From a candidate division FCPU426 bacterium (GTDB lineage: Bacteria; Oederibacteriota; Muellerivitia; Muellerivitales; Muellerivitaceae): 64,000 bases of DNA. This document shows positions 50,094 to 59,874 of this stretch, piece by piece. How positions within the stretch are numbered: position 1 is the first letter of the stretch; the number at the start of each line of letters is the position of its first letter. The DNA lies in the NCBI GenBank assembly GCA_963847625.1, contig CAWKAR010000027.1, positions 224,001 through 288,000 on the forward strand, given 5' to 3'. The notes beneath the pieces are model-generated. The model made no database searches. It saw only the letters and a list, made by a program, of their open reading frames with translations, and was not told the origin of the DNA. The position numbers and the translations under genes were made by a program.

Positions 50094-52325
50094 ATGCGGA
50101 CAGTAAATATGAAACCGGTTTTAATTTTATCCGCCGCGATCCTGGCGGCCGCGGGAATCGCCATGGGCGCTAATTGGGAATCGGCGGCCCAAAAGAGGAA
50201 AGTCGACCGTAAAATCAGCGAAGTGAACCAGGTTGTCCGTCACGGGCTATTCCAGGACAATTTGGAATCCCTGAGAAAATACCAGGTGCCCAGTTGGTAC
50301 CGCGACGCCAAGTTCGGCATTTTCATCCACTGGGGACTCTATTCGGTGCCGGCCTTCGCCAACGAATGGTACTCGCGGAATATGTACCAGCAGGGCGACG
50401 ACGCCTTCAAGCACCACGTGGCCACCTACGGCCCCCAAACGAAATTCGGCTATAAGGACTTCATCCCCCAGTTCAAGGCGGAAAATTACGACCCGGACCA
50501 TTGGGCCGAACTCTTCAAGGATGCCGGGGCCAGGTACGTGGTTCCCGTGGCCGAGCACCACGACGGTTTCGCCCTGTACGACTCGGACTTTTCCAAGTGG
50601 ACCGCCAAAAAGATGGGCCCCAAGCGGGATGTCATCAGGGACCTGGGCAAGGCCGTGCGCAAGGCGGGGCTGGTCTTCGGGGTTTCCTCCCACAGGGCCG
50701 AGCACTGGTGGTTCATGAACGGCGGGATGAAGTTCGATTCCGACGTGAAGGATCCCCAGTACGCCGAGTTCTACGGCCCGGCAGAGCCGGACGACACCGT
50801 CCCCGACGACAAGTACCTGCGCAATTGGCTGGCGCGTTCCTGCGAGCTGGTGGACAAGTACCATCCCCAGGTGATGTATTTCGACTGGTGGGTCGGCGAG
50901 AAACCGGTGTTCAAGCCCTACTTGGAGAAGTTCACGGCCTATTATTACGACCGGGCGGCCCAGAGGAAGAATTGGTCGGTCCTCAACACCAAGGATAAGG
51001 CCTATGTGCCGGGGACTTCCGTCATGGACGTGGAGAAGGGCAAGCTCACAGGCATCAATCCCGAGCCCTGGCAGACCGACACCACCATCAGCATGGGCTC
51101 CTGGGGTTACCTGAAGGACGACCATTTCAAGAAGGCCGACCTTTTAATCCGCAACTTGGTGGATATCGTCAGCAAGAACGGGAACCTGTTGTTGGACATC
51201 GGCCCGAAACCCGACGGCACCATCCCGAAAGAGGAGGAAGAGGTGCTTCTCGAGATGGGCCAGTGGTTGAAGGCGAACGGCGAGTCCATCTATGGCACCA
51301 GGCCCTGGGTGAACTTCGGCGAGGGTCCGACCCAGGAACAGGGTGGCAAATTCTCCGAGGGCGGCGATTACAAGGAAGGGGATATCCGCTACACGCTCAA
51401 GGGCAACACCCTCTATATCATTTCGCTCCTGCCGCCGACCCATTCCATCAAGGCCGCAATGCTGGGCAAGAAAGCCTCGCCCTCCCTGGTGATTCAGGAA
51501 GTTTCACTTCTGGGATCGGAGGAGAAGATCAAATGGGAAAGGAACGACCAAGCCCTGGTGCTTCCGAAACCCGCTAAAAAGGGAGCCATGCCGGTGGTTT
51601 ATAAGGCGGTCCTGAAGGGGGCTTGCATGGGAGGAACCGCGGTTCAGGCCCATGGGCAGACCCTGACCGGGTCAGCCTCTTTCCAGAATTACGATGATAC
51701 CGACCTGGTGAAATCCGTGACCCTTTCCGTTGACGGAAAAGAGGTTGCTTTCAAGGAGGTCACGGTCGCTCCCTCGTCCTCGGGCAAGGTGGAAATCAAA
51801 AGCGAAGTTCCCCAAGCGGGGATCTACCACGTGTCCGTGGAAACGGCCGATTTCCCGGCTTACGCGGCAAAGGTGGCCCTGCCCGCCATGGACCTTTCGG
51901 GGGAGTGGCTTTTCCACAAGGGGGACGACCCTACCTGGTCCAAACCCGACCTGGATGAGAAGGATTGGGAAAAAGTGAAACTTCCCGCCAGTTGGGAGGA
52001 CCATTCCAATTACAAATGCGAACAATGTTTCGGCTGGTACCGGAAGAAGGTGGTGATTCCGGCGGAGTGGAAGGGGCATTCCCTGGTCATTCCCTTGGGG
52101 AAAATCGACGATGTGGATTTCAGCTACCTCAACGGCAAGGAAATCGGGCGCATGGGGAAATTACCGCCCAACTACGACACGGCCTGGAACAAGGAGCGGC
52201 ATTATGAGGTGCCGGCGGGGTTGATCCATTTCGGCGGGGAAAACGTCATCGCCATCCGGAATTACAACGGCCCCGGCGGCGCGGGATTGTACGCGGGACC
52301 CTTGGGACCCATCGAGGTTAAATAG
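50094..52325 (+). CDS. GH29 alpha-L-fucosidase with C-terminal jelly-roll domain
   Basis: WYRDAKFGIFIHWG, EHHDGF, YFDWW, DIVSKNGNLLL. Confidence 0.95.
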   Translation: MRTVNMKPVLILSAAILAAAGIAMGANWESAAQKRKVDRKISEVNQVVRHGLFQDNLESLRKYQVPSWYRDAKFGIFIHWGLYSVPAFANEWYSRNMYQQGDDAFKHHVATYGPQTKFGYKDFIPQFKAENYDPDHWAELFKDAGARYVVPVAEHHDGFALYDSDFSKWTAKKMGPKRDVIRDLGKAVRKAGLVFGVSSHRAEHWWFMNGGMKFDSDVKDPQYAEFYGPAEPDDTVPDDKYLRNWLARSCELVDKYHPQVMYFDWWVGEKPVFKPYLEKFTAYYYDRAAQRKNWSVLNTKDKAYVPGTSVMDVEKGKLTGINPEPWQTDTTISMGSWGYLKDDHFKKADLLIRNLVDIVSKNGNLLLDIGPKPDGTIPKEEEEVLLEMGQWLKANGESIYGTRPWVNFGEGPTQEQGGKFSEGGDYKEGDIRYTLKGNTLYIISLLPPTHSIKAAMLGKKASPSLVIQEVSLLGSEEKIKWERNDQALVLPKPAKKGAMPVVYKAVLKGACMGGTAVQAHGQTLTGSASFQNYDDTDLVKSVTLSVDGKEVAFKEVTVAPSSSGKVEIKSEVPQAGIYHVSVETADFPAYAAKVALPAMDLSGEWLFHKGDDPTWSKPDLDEKDWEKVKLPASWEDHSNYKCEQCFGWYRKKVVIPAEWKGHSLVIPLGKIDDVDFSYLNGKEIGRMGKLPPNYDTAWNKERHYEVPAGLIHFGGENVIAIRNYNGPGGAGLYAGPLGPIEVK

Positions 52326-52463
52326 TAAAAACATTTAACACGGAGTCACACAGAGAACACAGGGAAATAAAGTTCAAAGGCGTGGATGGCAAATACCGAA
52401 TAGCCTTTGAATTGGTCCGGGTTTAGATATAATCTTACTGGTAAGAATACTGGGAGGTGACCT

Positions 52464-52727
52464 ATGACCGTAGCAACTACAAAGCTTTCATCGAAGGGGC
52501 AGGTTGTTATACCTGAATCCATCCGGAAGAGCCTGCGTCTCAAAGAAGGCGACCAATTCGTTGTGGTTGGTCAGGGAGATTCAGTGATTTTCAAGACTAT
52601 CTCTCCCCCCAATTTGGATCAATTAGAAGGCCTGTTGGCGAAGGTGCGGACACAGGCCCGTAAAGCCGGTCTGAGTCGGTCAGACGCAAAGGCCGCCATC
52701 GCTTGGGCCCGGTCCCGGCGGAAATGA
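52464..52727 (+). CDS. AbrB/MazE-type antitoxin
   Basis: TKLSSKGQVVIPESIR. Confidence 0.9.
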   Translation: MTVATTKLSSKGQVVIPESIRKSLRLKEGDQFVVVGQGDSVIFKTISPPNLDQLEGLLAKVRTQARKAGLSRSDAKAAIAWARSRRK

Positions 52728-53122
52728 TTCGAGTCGTAATCGATACAAACGTTCTTGTTTCTGGAGTTTTTTGGAATGGGCCTCCAGCCCGTGTTTTGAG
52801 TGCTTGGCGAAAAAGGGTTTTTCATTGGCTAGTTTCTCCTGAAATTTTGGCAGAATACCAGAGGGCGCTTGGTAAATTGGCTAGTGATTTTCCAGCCGTT
52901 CCGATTGATCCTGTCCTTGAATTAATCAGACTGAATTGCGAACTGGTGAACGCCAAGCCTGTTAGAGGCATTTGCAAAGACCCGGATGATGATAAATTTA
53001 TCGCGGCCGCACTGGCGGGAGGGGCTGAATTCATTGTCTCTGGTGATAAAGCTTTGTTGGATGTTGGGGTTTACCAAAATATAAAAATCATGAATCCGTC
53101 AAATTTCTTGAAAAACCAATGA
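52724..53122 (+). CDS. PIN-domain (VapC-like) toxin
   Basis: VIDTNVLVS, DPDDDKF, IVSGDKALL; ATGA overlap with the antitoxin. Confidence 0.92.
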   Translation: MIRVVIDTNVLVSGVFWNGPPARVLSAWRKRVFHWLVSPEILAEYQRALGKLASDFPAVPIDPVLELIRLNCELVNAKPVRGICKDPDDDKFIAAALAGGAEFIVSGDKALLDVGVYQNIKIMNPSNFLKNQ

Positions 53123-53176
53123 GTTTGTTGTCCACGATTGGGACCTGTGGTGAAACGGATTTCAAAGGAGAAGAAA

Positions 53177-54223
53177 ATGCGAGGAATGAAACTTATTGCA
53201 GCCTTGGGGCTCGGAATTTTACTTTTGGCCGGTTGCGGGCAGAAGAACAAATACTCCCTGAGGATCGGCTTGTCCATGGACACCCTGCGCGCGCCGCGCT
53301 GGGCCCAGGACCGGGACGTTTTCACGGCCAAGTGCCGGGAGCTGGGGGCCGACGTCCTGGTGCAGTCCGCCGACTCCAACGACTCGCTCCAGAACTCGCA
53401 GGGCGAGAACCTCCTCACCGAGGGCATCCAGTGCCTGGTGGTCATCCCCCACAACGCCAAGAGCTGCGCCACGCTGGTGGCGGCCGCGCACAAGATGGGC
53501 GTGCCGGTGGTTTCCTACGACCGGCTGATCCTCGACGAGGACGTGGACGCCTACGTGTCCTTCGACAACATCAAGGTGGGGGAACTGCAGGCCTCCACCC
53601 TGGTCAACATCAAGCCCCAGGGGAATTACGTTCTCATGGGCGGGGCGCCGACCGACTACAACGCCATATTGCTTCGGAAGGGGCAGAAGAACGTCCTGGA
53701 CCCCCTAGTGAAGAAGGGCGACATCAAGATCGTGGGAGACCAGTGGTCCAACGACTGGCTGGCCGTGAACGCCCTGAAGAACATGGAAAACATCCTCACT
53801 CGCACCGACAACAAGGTGGACGCGGTGGTGGATTCCTACGACGGAACGGCGGGAGGGAGCATCCAGGCCCTGGCCGAGCAGAAGCTGGCGGGGAAGGTCC
53901 TGGTCTCGGGCCAGGACGCGGAATTGGCGGCCTGCCAGAGGATCATCGCGGGCACCCAGACCGTGACCGTGTACAAACCCGTCCGGTACCTGGCCGCCAA
54001 GGCGGCCGAGATCGCGGTGAAGCTCGCCAAGCACGAACCCATGCCCCCCACCACCCTCACCACCAACAACGGGAAGAAGGACGTGCCCAGCTATTTCCTG
54101 GACCCCATCCCGGTCACCAAGGACAACATGGCGGACACGGTCATCGCGGACGGATTCCAGAAGATGGAGGAAGTTTACAAGGACGTTCCCAAGGACCAGT
54201 GGCCCCAGCCGAAGAAACAGTAA
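53177..54223 (+). CDS. xylF: D-xylose ABC transporter substrate-binding lipoprotein
   Basis: Lipobox LAGC; RW..DRD.F, SYDRLI, SFDN, GGAPTD.NA, SGQDA, TVYKP. Confidence 0.85.
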   Translation: MRGMKLIAALGLGILLLAGCGQKNKYSLRIGLSMDTLRAPRWAQDRDVFTAKCRELGADVLVQSADSNDSLQNSQGENLLTEGIQCLVVIPHNAKSCATLVAAAHKMGVPVVSYDRLILDEDVDAYVSFDNIKVGELQASTLVNIKPQGNYVLMGGAPTDYNAILLRKGQKNVLDPLVKKGDIKIVGDQWSNDWLAVNALKNMENILTRTDNKVDAVVDSYDGTAGGSIQALAEQKLAGKVLVSGQDAELAACQRIIAGTQTVTVYKPVRYLAAKAAEIAVKLAKHEPMPPTTLTTNNGKKDVPSYFLDPIPVTKDNMADTVIADGFQKMEEVYKDVPKDQWPQPKKQ

Positions 54224-54287
54224 CAAAAGCCGGTAGAAACCTACGGCCTGCTTATTTTCCCCCCACCCGCTGGGATAACAGTGACGT

Positions 54288-54388
54288 AATTTTGAATGTT
54301 AAATTTTTAATTTTAAATTGTGGTGTGATTTTCAGATTCTGAAAATCCTCAATTATTCATAATTTAAAACTTAGAATTTAAAATCGCC
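54288..54388 (+). repeat. AT-rich heptamer-armed palindromic element
   Basis: Homologous to 29873-29975 in the opposite orientation. Confidence 0.7.
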
Positions 54389-54466
54389 TTTATAGGGTTT
54401 CCCTTTCGCTTACTGATAATGTGAACTATCGGGCCATTTGGGTGATGCTCTCATGAAGGGGGCGCG

Positions 54467-55741
54467 TGTAGGCACGGCCCGGTATCCCTGTCTGAAAGGG
54501 CGGTACCCCGGTAGAATTGGCCGGTACCCCAGTAGAAAAAGCCTGTAACCCAGTAGAAGAGCCAGTAGAAAAGATCGGTACCCGGTAGAAAAGGTCTGCA
54601 CCCCGGTAGAAAGCCGGTAGAAACCGGTAGAAAAGTGGGTACCCCAGTAGAAGAGCCAGTAGAAAAAGCCGATACCCCGGTAGAAAAGCTCGGTGCCCCG
54701 GTAGAAAAAAGTCCGTACCCCAGTAGAAAAGGACGATACCCCGGTAGAAAAGCCAGTAGAACCCAGTAGAAAAGTCCGTACCCCAGTAGAAAAAGCCGGT
54801 ACCCCGGTAGAAAGCCGGTAGAAAAGGCCAATATCCCTGCCCGGTATGCCGCCTACTGGCATGGGTCGGAGCCACCGTCGGGCCCTACTAGCAGATTCGG
54901 CGGTACCTAGTAGCAGATCCAGTGTACCTACTAGCAGGTTCCGGGGTGCCTAGTAGCAGGTTCGGCGGTACCTACTGGCAGATCGGGGTCGCCTACTGGC
55001 AGTTTCCGAGTCTTCTACTGGCAAGTTCCTCCAAACCCATTAATCAGGACTTAACCCATTAAACGGAGCCGGGCCACCCGTTAAACGGGGCGGAACCCAT
55101 TAAACGGAGCCAGACCAACCCATTAAACGGGGCGGAACCCATTAAACGGAGCCGGACCAACCCATAAAACGGGACGGAACCCATTAAACGGACCGGACCA
55201 ACCCATTAAACGGGGCGGAACCCATAAAACGGAACTGGGCTAATCCGTTAAACGGGGCGGAATCCATTAAACGGAACTGGGGTAACCTGTAAAACGGGAC
55301 TTAACCCATTAAACAGGATGCCCTGTGGGCACGTTCCGGCCCCACCCTTTCCGACAGGGCTTCCGACAGGCAGACCGTCTCGGGGCCGAAAACCCAGTTC
55401 ACTAGGCCAGAAACCCGGTTCACTAAGCCAGAAACCCAGTTCACTGTGGCCGAAAACCCAGTTCACTGGGCCGAAAACCCGGTTTACTCGTGGGACTGCG
55501 CCCCTGTCCTTAGACACGTGCCGGAAACCCAGTTCACTAGGGCTGAAAACCCGGTTTACTCGGCTGAAAACCCAGTTCACTGGGGCCCCTTTCCGACAGG
55601 GCTTCCGACGGGAGAACCATCCCTTTCCGACGGGTGGGCTGTCCTGTCCGACGGGGTTGACTCAAATTCCGACGGCGGAAACGCTCCATTCCGACGGGGA
55701 CGCCCACTTTTCCGACGGGAGAACCGGCCTTTTTCGACGGG
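54467..55741 (+). repeat. Modular phased repeat array, copy 2
   Basis: Blocks in order: 19x CC(A/G)GTAGAA, 8x CCTA(C/G)T(G/A)GCAG, 14x CCCATTAAACG, 8x AAACCC(A/G)GTT(C/T)ACT, about 10x TCCGAC(A/G)GG. Confidence 0.95.
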
Positions 55742-55843
55742 TAAAACCTGATTCTCCAAAGAATTCCCGCCTTTTATTCCAGAACGGTAAAATATTGGTA
55801 CTTCAAAGGTGATGAAGTTGGCATGCGGTGAGTTTATCGAACC

Positions 55844-55866
55844 GTTCGAGTCCAGCCCGGGGAGCC
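55844..55866 (+). other. tRNA 3'-end fragment (Asn-like); att-type scar
   Basis: GTTCGAGTCCAGCCCGGGGAGCC is a T-loop plus acceptor 3' strand; no 5' half upstream. Confidence 0.7.
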
Positions 55867-56166
55867 TTTTTAAACGTTTAGCTTACTCAGCGATGTTTCT
55901 AAAGGCGTCCACCACGGGGAGCCATTTAAAGAAATTTGGGTCAGGATAAAACTCAATACTAAAAATATTTTAGAATTCCCAGAACATATTACGAATTATA
56001 TTAAAAAATTCTCTCGATGATTTGGACCTGTTTAACCCCAGCTTCTCCCCCCAATTTCTTCCGCGAAGTTCCAACTTGAGTTCCGATGGGAATGATATAA
56101 TGCGCCCCAATCATCCGCCCGGGCCGATGGCAACACCGCCCCGGAATCCCGGTGAGGGAGCCTCCC

Positions 56167-58083
56167 GTGCCCAAGTATTATTGGGTTTTTGTTTTGATCC
56201 TGCTGGCGGCCGCGTTGGGATTGATGCCCACCGCCTGCGCCAACAACGGCCATCCAACGTCTCCAACCATACCACCCACCGCCACTTTCACGCCCACGGA
56301 CACCTCCACCTCCACGGCCTGCCTGAATGCCCAGGGGACCCCCTGTTCTACCACCCCGACTTTCACATCCACGCCGACTTGCACCTTCACTGCCACCGCC
56401 ACCCCCACCCATTCCCCCACTTACACCTTGACTCCCACTATTACCAATACTCCAACGATCACTTTCACCCCTACTGCCACGCGAACGCCGTCCCTGACCT
56501 TCACGATCACCTTCACCCGCACATCCACCCCTACCAACACTTCAACGCCCGGCTTACCGAACGGCATTTTACTTGGATCTTCCTTCGCCCGCGTCGCGGT
56601 GGATATGGGATCGCCGGTCACGGTCATGGTTGTCGTGGTGCTTCTGGACGTCAACAAGGTGCCGGAGACTACCGCGGCGGTTAGCCTGGTAACGGGAGGT
56701 GCTCCGGTTATCGTGCCTTTCAATAGTGTCACGACCACCGGGGGAAACAGCTACGCCTTGTACCAAACTACCGCTTCCTGGACCTACACGCCGGGCCAGG
56801 TCTACACCATCGGGGTCTCTACCTCCATCGGCAACGCTTCGGGTTCATCGGTGGCTCCCGGCGGTATCACGGACGCCCCGGACGGTTCCCAGACTTCCTG
56901 GATGGTGGAAGGGAATGACGACAGTGTCAACGTCCAGCAACAGCCCGGCGGCATCAGCGTATACAAACAGGGACCGGACGTCGATTCCCCGCAGGCCATT
57001 CCCAGTACGGTTTATTCCGCGCCGGCCAGTTATACTCTCTCGACTTCCTGCATGAATATTGTGACCACCTTAACCGGCGCCGCGCCAGGTTCGTCCGTGA
57101 TTGCTTTGGACACTCTTTCAAAGTTATACAATTTCGCCCCCACCTCCACCCCCACTATTACACCTTCTGTTTTATACACGGCTACTAACAGCCCGACTGT
57201 AACTATTACGGGAACCCCCACTCACACGCCCACCAATGCCCCTACCAGTACCCCCACCAACTCCCTTTCAGTTTTCGTAACTATCGGTGGTTCCGGCCCA
57301 CCCGCCAACTTTGTCATTCCGTGGGGGATCAAATATAGAAACGGGGATTTGTGGGTTGTGGAGGACTACAACAAGAATCTTCAGGAATGGACCACCGCCG
57401 GTGTCCAATTGCTTGGGCCCATTTCCGTTTATGGTTCCCCTTCGACCGCGTTTAATTATCCGCGGCAAGACGCAATCGACCCGGTAACGGGTAACGTTTA
57501 TGTGGCGGATTATTTTAACAGCCGAATTGTGGTATTCGATTCCAATGGAAACTTTTTGACCACTTTCGGCCAAACCGAGTTTGGCTCAGGGTTTCCCACT
57601 GGCGTGGGAGTGAACTCAACTGGAACGACGGTTTACACAATGGATGGCACGGCCAAGGCGGTTTACAGCTATACCATAGGGGGCACGCCTTCCAGCCCGA
57701 CGTTTACCAACCCGGCCACTATCATTACCGGGTTATACATTCCGGCGAGTTTGTCCTTGGACAGCGCGGATAACATTTATGAGTCGGACTATTCGGGGTT
57801 TAGGGTCTTGAAATTCCCCCCGTTAGGCGGGAGCGCCTCCCAAACTTTCACGGCTCCCGGCCATCCTGGTTTTACCCCGAACGACGCGACGATCGACCCC
57901 GCGGGTAATGTTTACGTTGTAGACGTAGGCAATCATAACATCGTGGAATTTAACGCCGCAGGCACGGTCATAGGCCAATTTGGAGAAGGGACATTAATTT
58001 CTCCCGAAGGAATCACTAACGACGGGGCGGGTAATATTTATGTGTCTGAGGCCAATCAATGGAGGATCGTCGGATTCCATTAA
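56167..58083 (+). CDS. Lipoprotein with Thr/Pro linkers and C-terminal NHL repeats
   Basis: GAGGGAG ribosome-binding site, lipobox PTAC, NHL repeats (VYVADYFNSRI). Confidence 0.85.
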   Translation: MPKYYWVFVLILLAAALGLMPTACANNGHPTSPTIPPTATFTPTDTSTSTACLNAQGTPCSTTPTFTSTPTCTFTATATPTHSPTYTLTPTITNTPTITFTPTATRTPSLTFTITFTRTSTPTNTSTPGLPNGILLGSSFARVAVDMGSPVTVMVVVVLLDVNKVPETTAAVSLVTGGAPVIVPFNSVTTTGGNSYALYQTTASWTYTPGQVYTIGVSTSIGNASGSSVAPGGITDAPDGSQTSWMVEGNDDSVNVQQQPGGISVYKQGPDVDSPQAIPSTVYSAPASYTLSTSCMNIVTTLTGAAPGSSVIALDTLSKLYNFAPTSTPTITPSVLYTATNSPTVTITGTPTHTPTNAPTSTPTNSLSVFVTIGGSGPPANFVIPWGIKYRNGDLWVVEDYNKNLQEWTTAGVQLLGPISVYGSPSTAFNYPRQDAIDPVTGNVYVADYFNSRIVVFDSNGNFLTTFGQTEFGSGFPTGVGVNSTGTTVYTMDGTAKAVYSYTIGGTPSSPTFTNPATIITGLYIPASLSLDSADNIYESDYSGFRVLKFPPLGGSASQTFTAPGHPGFTPNDATIDPAGNVYVVDVGNHNIVEFNAAGTVIGQFGEGTLISPEGITNDGAGNIYVSEANQWRIVGFH

Positions 58084-58164
58084 TCCTGGAACAAATTTGG
58101 GGCCGGAAAACCTCAACCGTCTTCAGGTAAACCCTTAGTTCAAAATTAAAGAAAGAGTTTTTTT

Positions 58165-58890
58165 ATGGAAAAAAAACATAACGGCGTTTTATACCTGCTC
58201 CTGGTTTTGGTCCCAATCCTATCCATCGGTTGCAGTTCCGGGAACAACCCTGCCTCCCCCTCGGGTTCCGTCACCCCCGATCCGAACGGCCCGATCATCG
58301 AGGCTTTTGTCGCCAACCTAGACATGGTCAGCGTCAATGTCGGCATATTCACCTCAGTCTTCATCGTGGACAACGCCGGCAACCCCGTCACGACTGCGTC
58401 CGTGACGCTGGTCACCCCCGGGGGCTCTTATCCTGCCACTTACACGGGCGTATCCGTGTCAAATCCCCCGCCCAATTGCGGCATCACGGCCATTACCGGC
58501 GGGCATTACGCGGGAAACGCGGTCTATGCGGGGGGGCAAAACTGTACTTTTAAAGTGGGCATCGGCGCGAATACCTATACCGGGAACTTCACGACCGTGA
58601 ACGGCTCGGCCGGCGTTACCACGGGTCCCAGCGGGGTGACCTTCACCTGGACCGGCGGGGGAAACGAGAATTTCATCTCGGTTATTGGGAACGACACCCT
58701 TCAATACGGCCCTAGTCCCGCCATTTCATCCCCTTATATCATCCCGGCCGCTAATTTCGTGAACGACCCGGCCGGGAGCGGAAACGACACCGTGGGACTA
58801 TGGCTGTTCCAGACGAAGATTCCGGCTTTTTCCGGCTGCAAGGCTTCGTCGGTGGCGGGTTCGTTCATCGTCAAGGGGCTTGATTACTGA
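58165..58890 (+). CDS. Hypothetical lipoprotein
   Basis: Lipobox SIGC; resembles the middle domain of the upstream protein. Confidence 0.75.
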   Translation: MEKKHNGVLYLLLVLVPILSIGCSSGNNPASPSGSVTPDPNGPIIEAFVANLDMVSVNVGIFTSVFIVDNAGNPVTTASVTLVTPGGSYPATYTGVSVSNPPPNCGITAITGGHYAGNAVYAGGQNCTFKVGIGANTYTGNFTTVNGSAGVTTGPSGVTFTWTGGGNENFISVIGNDTLQYGPSPAISSPYIIPAANFVNDPAGSGNDTVGLWLFQTKIPAFSGCKASSVAGSFIVKGLDY

Positions 58891-58982
58891 GAGGACCCGC
58901 CCCGGATTGGGCTGGGCCATTTGCAGTGGTTTTTTGAAAACTCTTCCACCTAGTCACCCTCCCCGATTTTTTCCGCGAAGTT

Positions 58983-59714
58983 CTATTGTTTCATCAAATT
59001 GTTAAACGCGGTCCCGCTCAGCCCCTTGGCGATGTCATAGTAGCCGGTGGCATAACCGCCTTCGGTTGTGATGATATTGGCCTGCCAAAGCGTGCTTCCA
59101 TCCTGGGTGGATACCAGGAAATACTCCAGCGCGACCACCCTCTGCCTGCCCTTGTTCTTGAATAGGCTCATATCCCTTTCGATGATGGAACGCCTGCCCC
59201 GATAGTTGATTTTGCGGCCCTTCTGGTTTTCCCGGATATTGAGGGAGCAGGCAAAGTCAGCGTAGTAGTCGATGAGGACGATCAAGGCATAAGGGCGGTC
59301 CCCGCAAAACTTGGCAATTTGGGGGTTGTAAAGGTACTTGGCCGGGCTTAACACGTGCATGAGAAGGGCATTCTGGTAGGTTTCGTTGAAAGGGACCGCG
59401 TCCAAGGACAGGTTCATCTCCGTGGCTTTTTCCTGGAGGGACTGGTTTGTTTCATTGACGGCCTGGACTTTTTCCGCCACGAAATACGGTTTGCCTTTGA
59501 TGCCCAAGAAATCGCTTTGCTTGGAGGCCAAAAACCTGGTATCCGATCCGTTTTCGTGGACTCTCAAGGGGTTGAAATAACTCCCCATGTAGGCGATGTG
59601 CCCGTTCGGGATGTCGAAGCCATCCGCACGGTAATAAAACCCGTTTCCAAGGACGCGGTTGGGGAAGAAGCCCGCAGATATAAACAACAAACAAAACACC
59701 GCTAGTTTTTTCAT
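58983..59714 (-). CDS. Hypothetical exported protein
   Basis: GGAGGA ribosome-binding site, MKKL signal peptide. Confidence 0.7.
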   Translation of the reverse strand: MKKLAVFCLLFISAGFFPNRVLGNGFYYRADGFDIPNGHIAYMGSYFNPLRVHENGSDTRFLASKQSDFLGIKGKPYFVAEKVQAVNETNQSLQEKATEMNLSLDAVPFNETYQNALLMHVLSPAKYLYNPQIAKFCGDRPYALIVLIDYYADFACSLNIRENQKGRKINYRGRRSIIERDMSLFKNKGRQRVVALEYFLVSTQDGSTLWQANIITTEGGYATGYYDIAKGLSGTAFNNLMKQ

Positions 59715-59874
59715 ATCCATTCCTCCGGCCATATTCGCGGTAAAATTGACGTCTCATTTTATTGGGTTCTTCCCAATCCCGATACGCCAAATTGAAGATT
59801 GGAAGGATAGGTGTTTGCCGGTTTGGTTCTTAATTGAAGCGCGGATAGAATGCCTATATTCCCCGGGGGAACCA

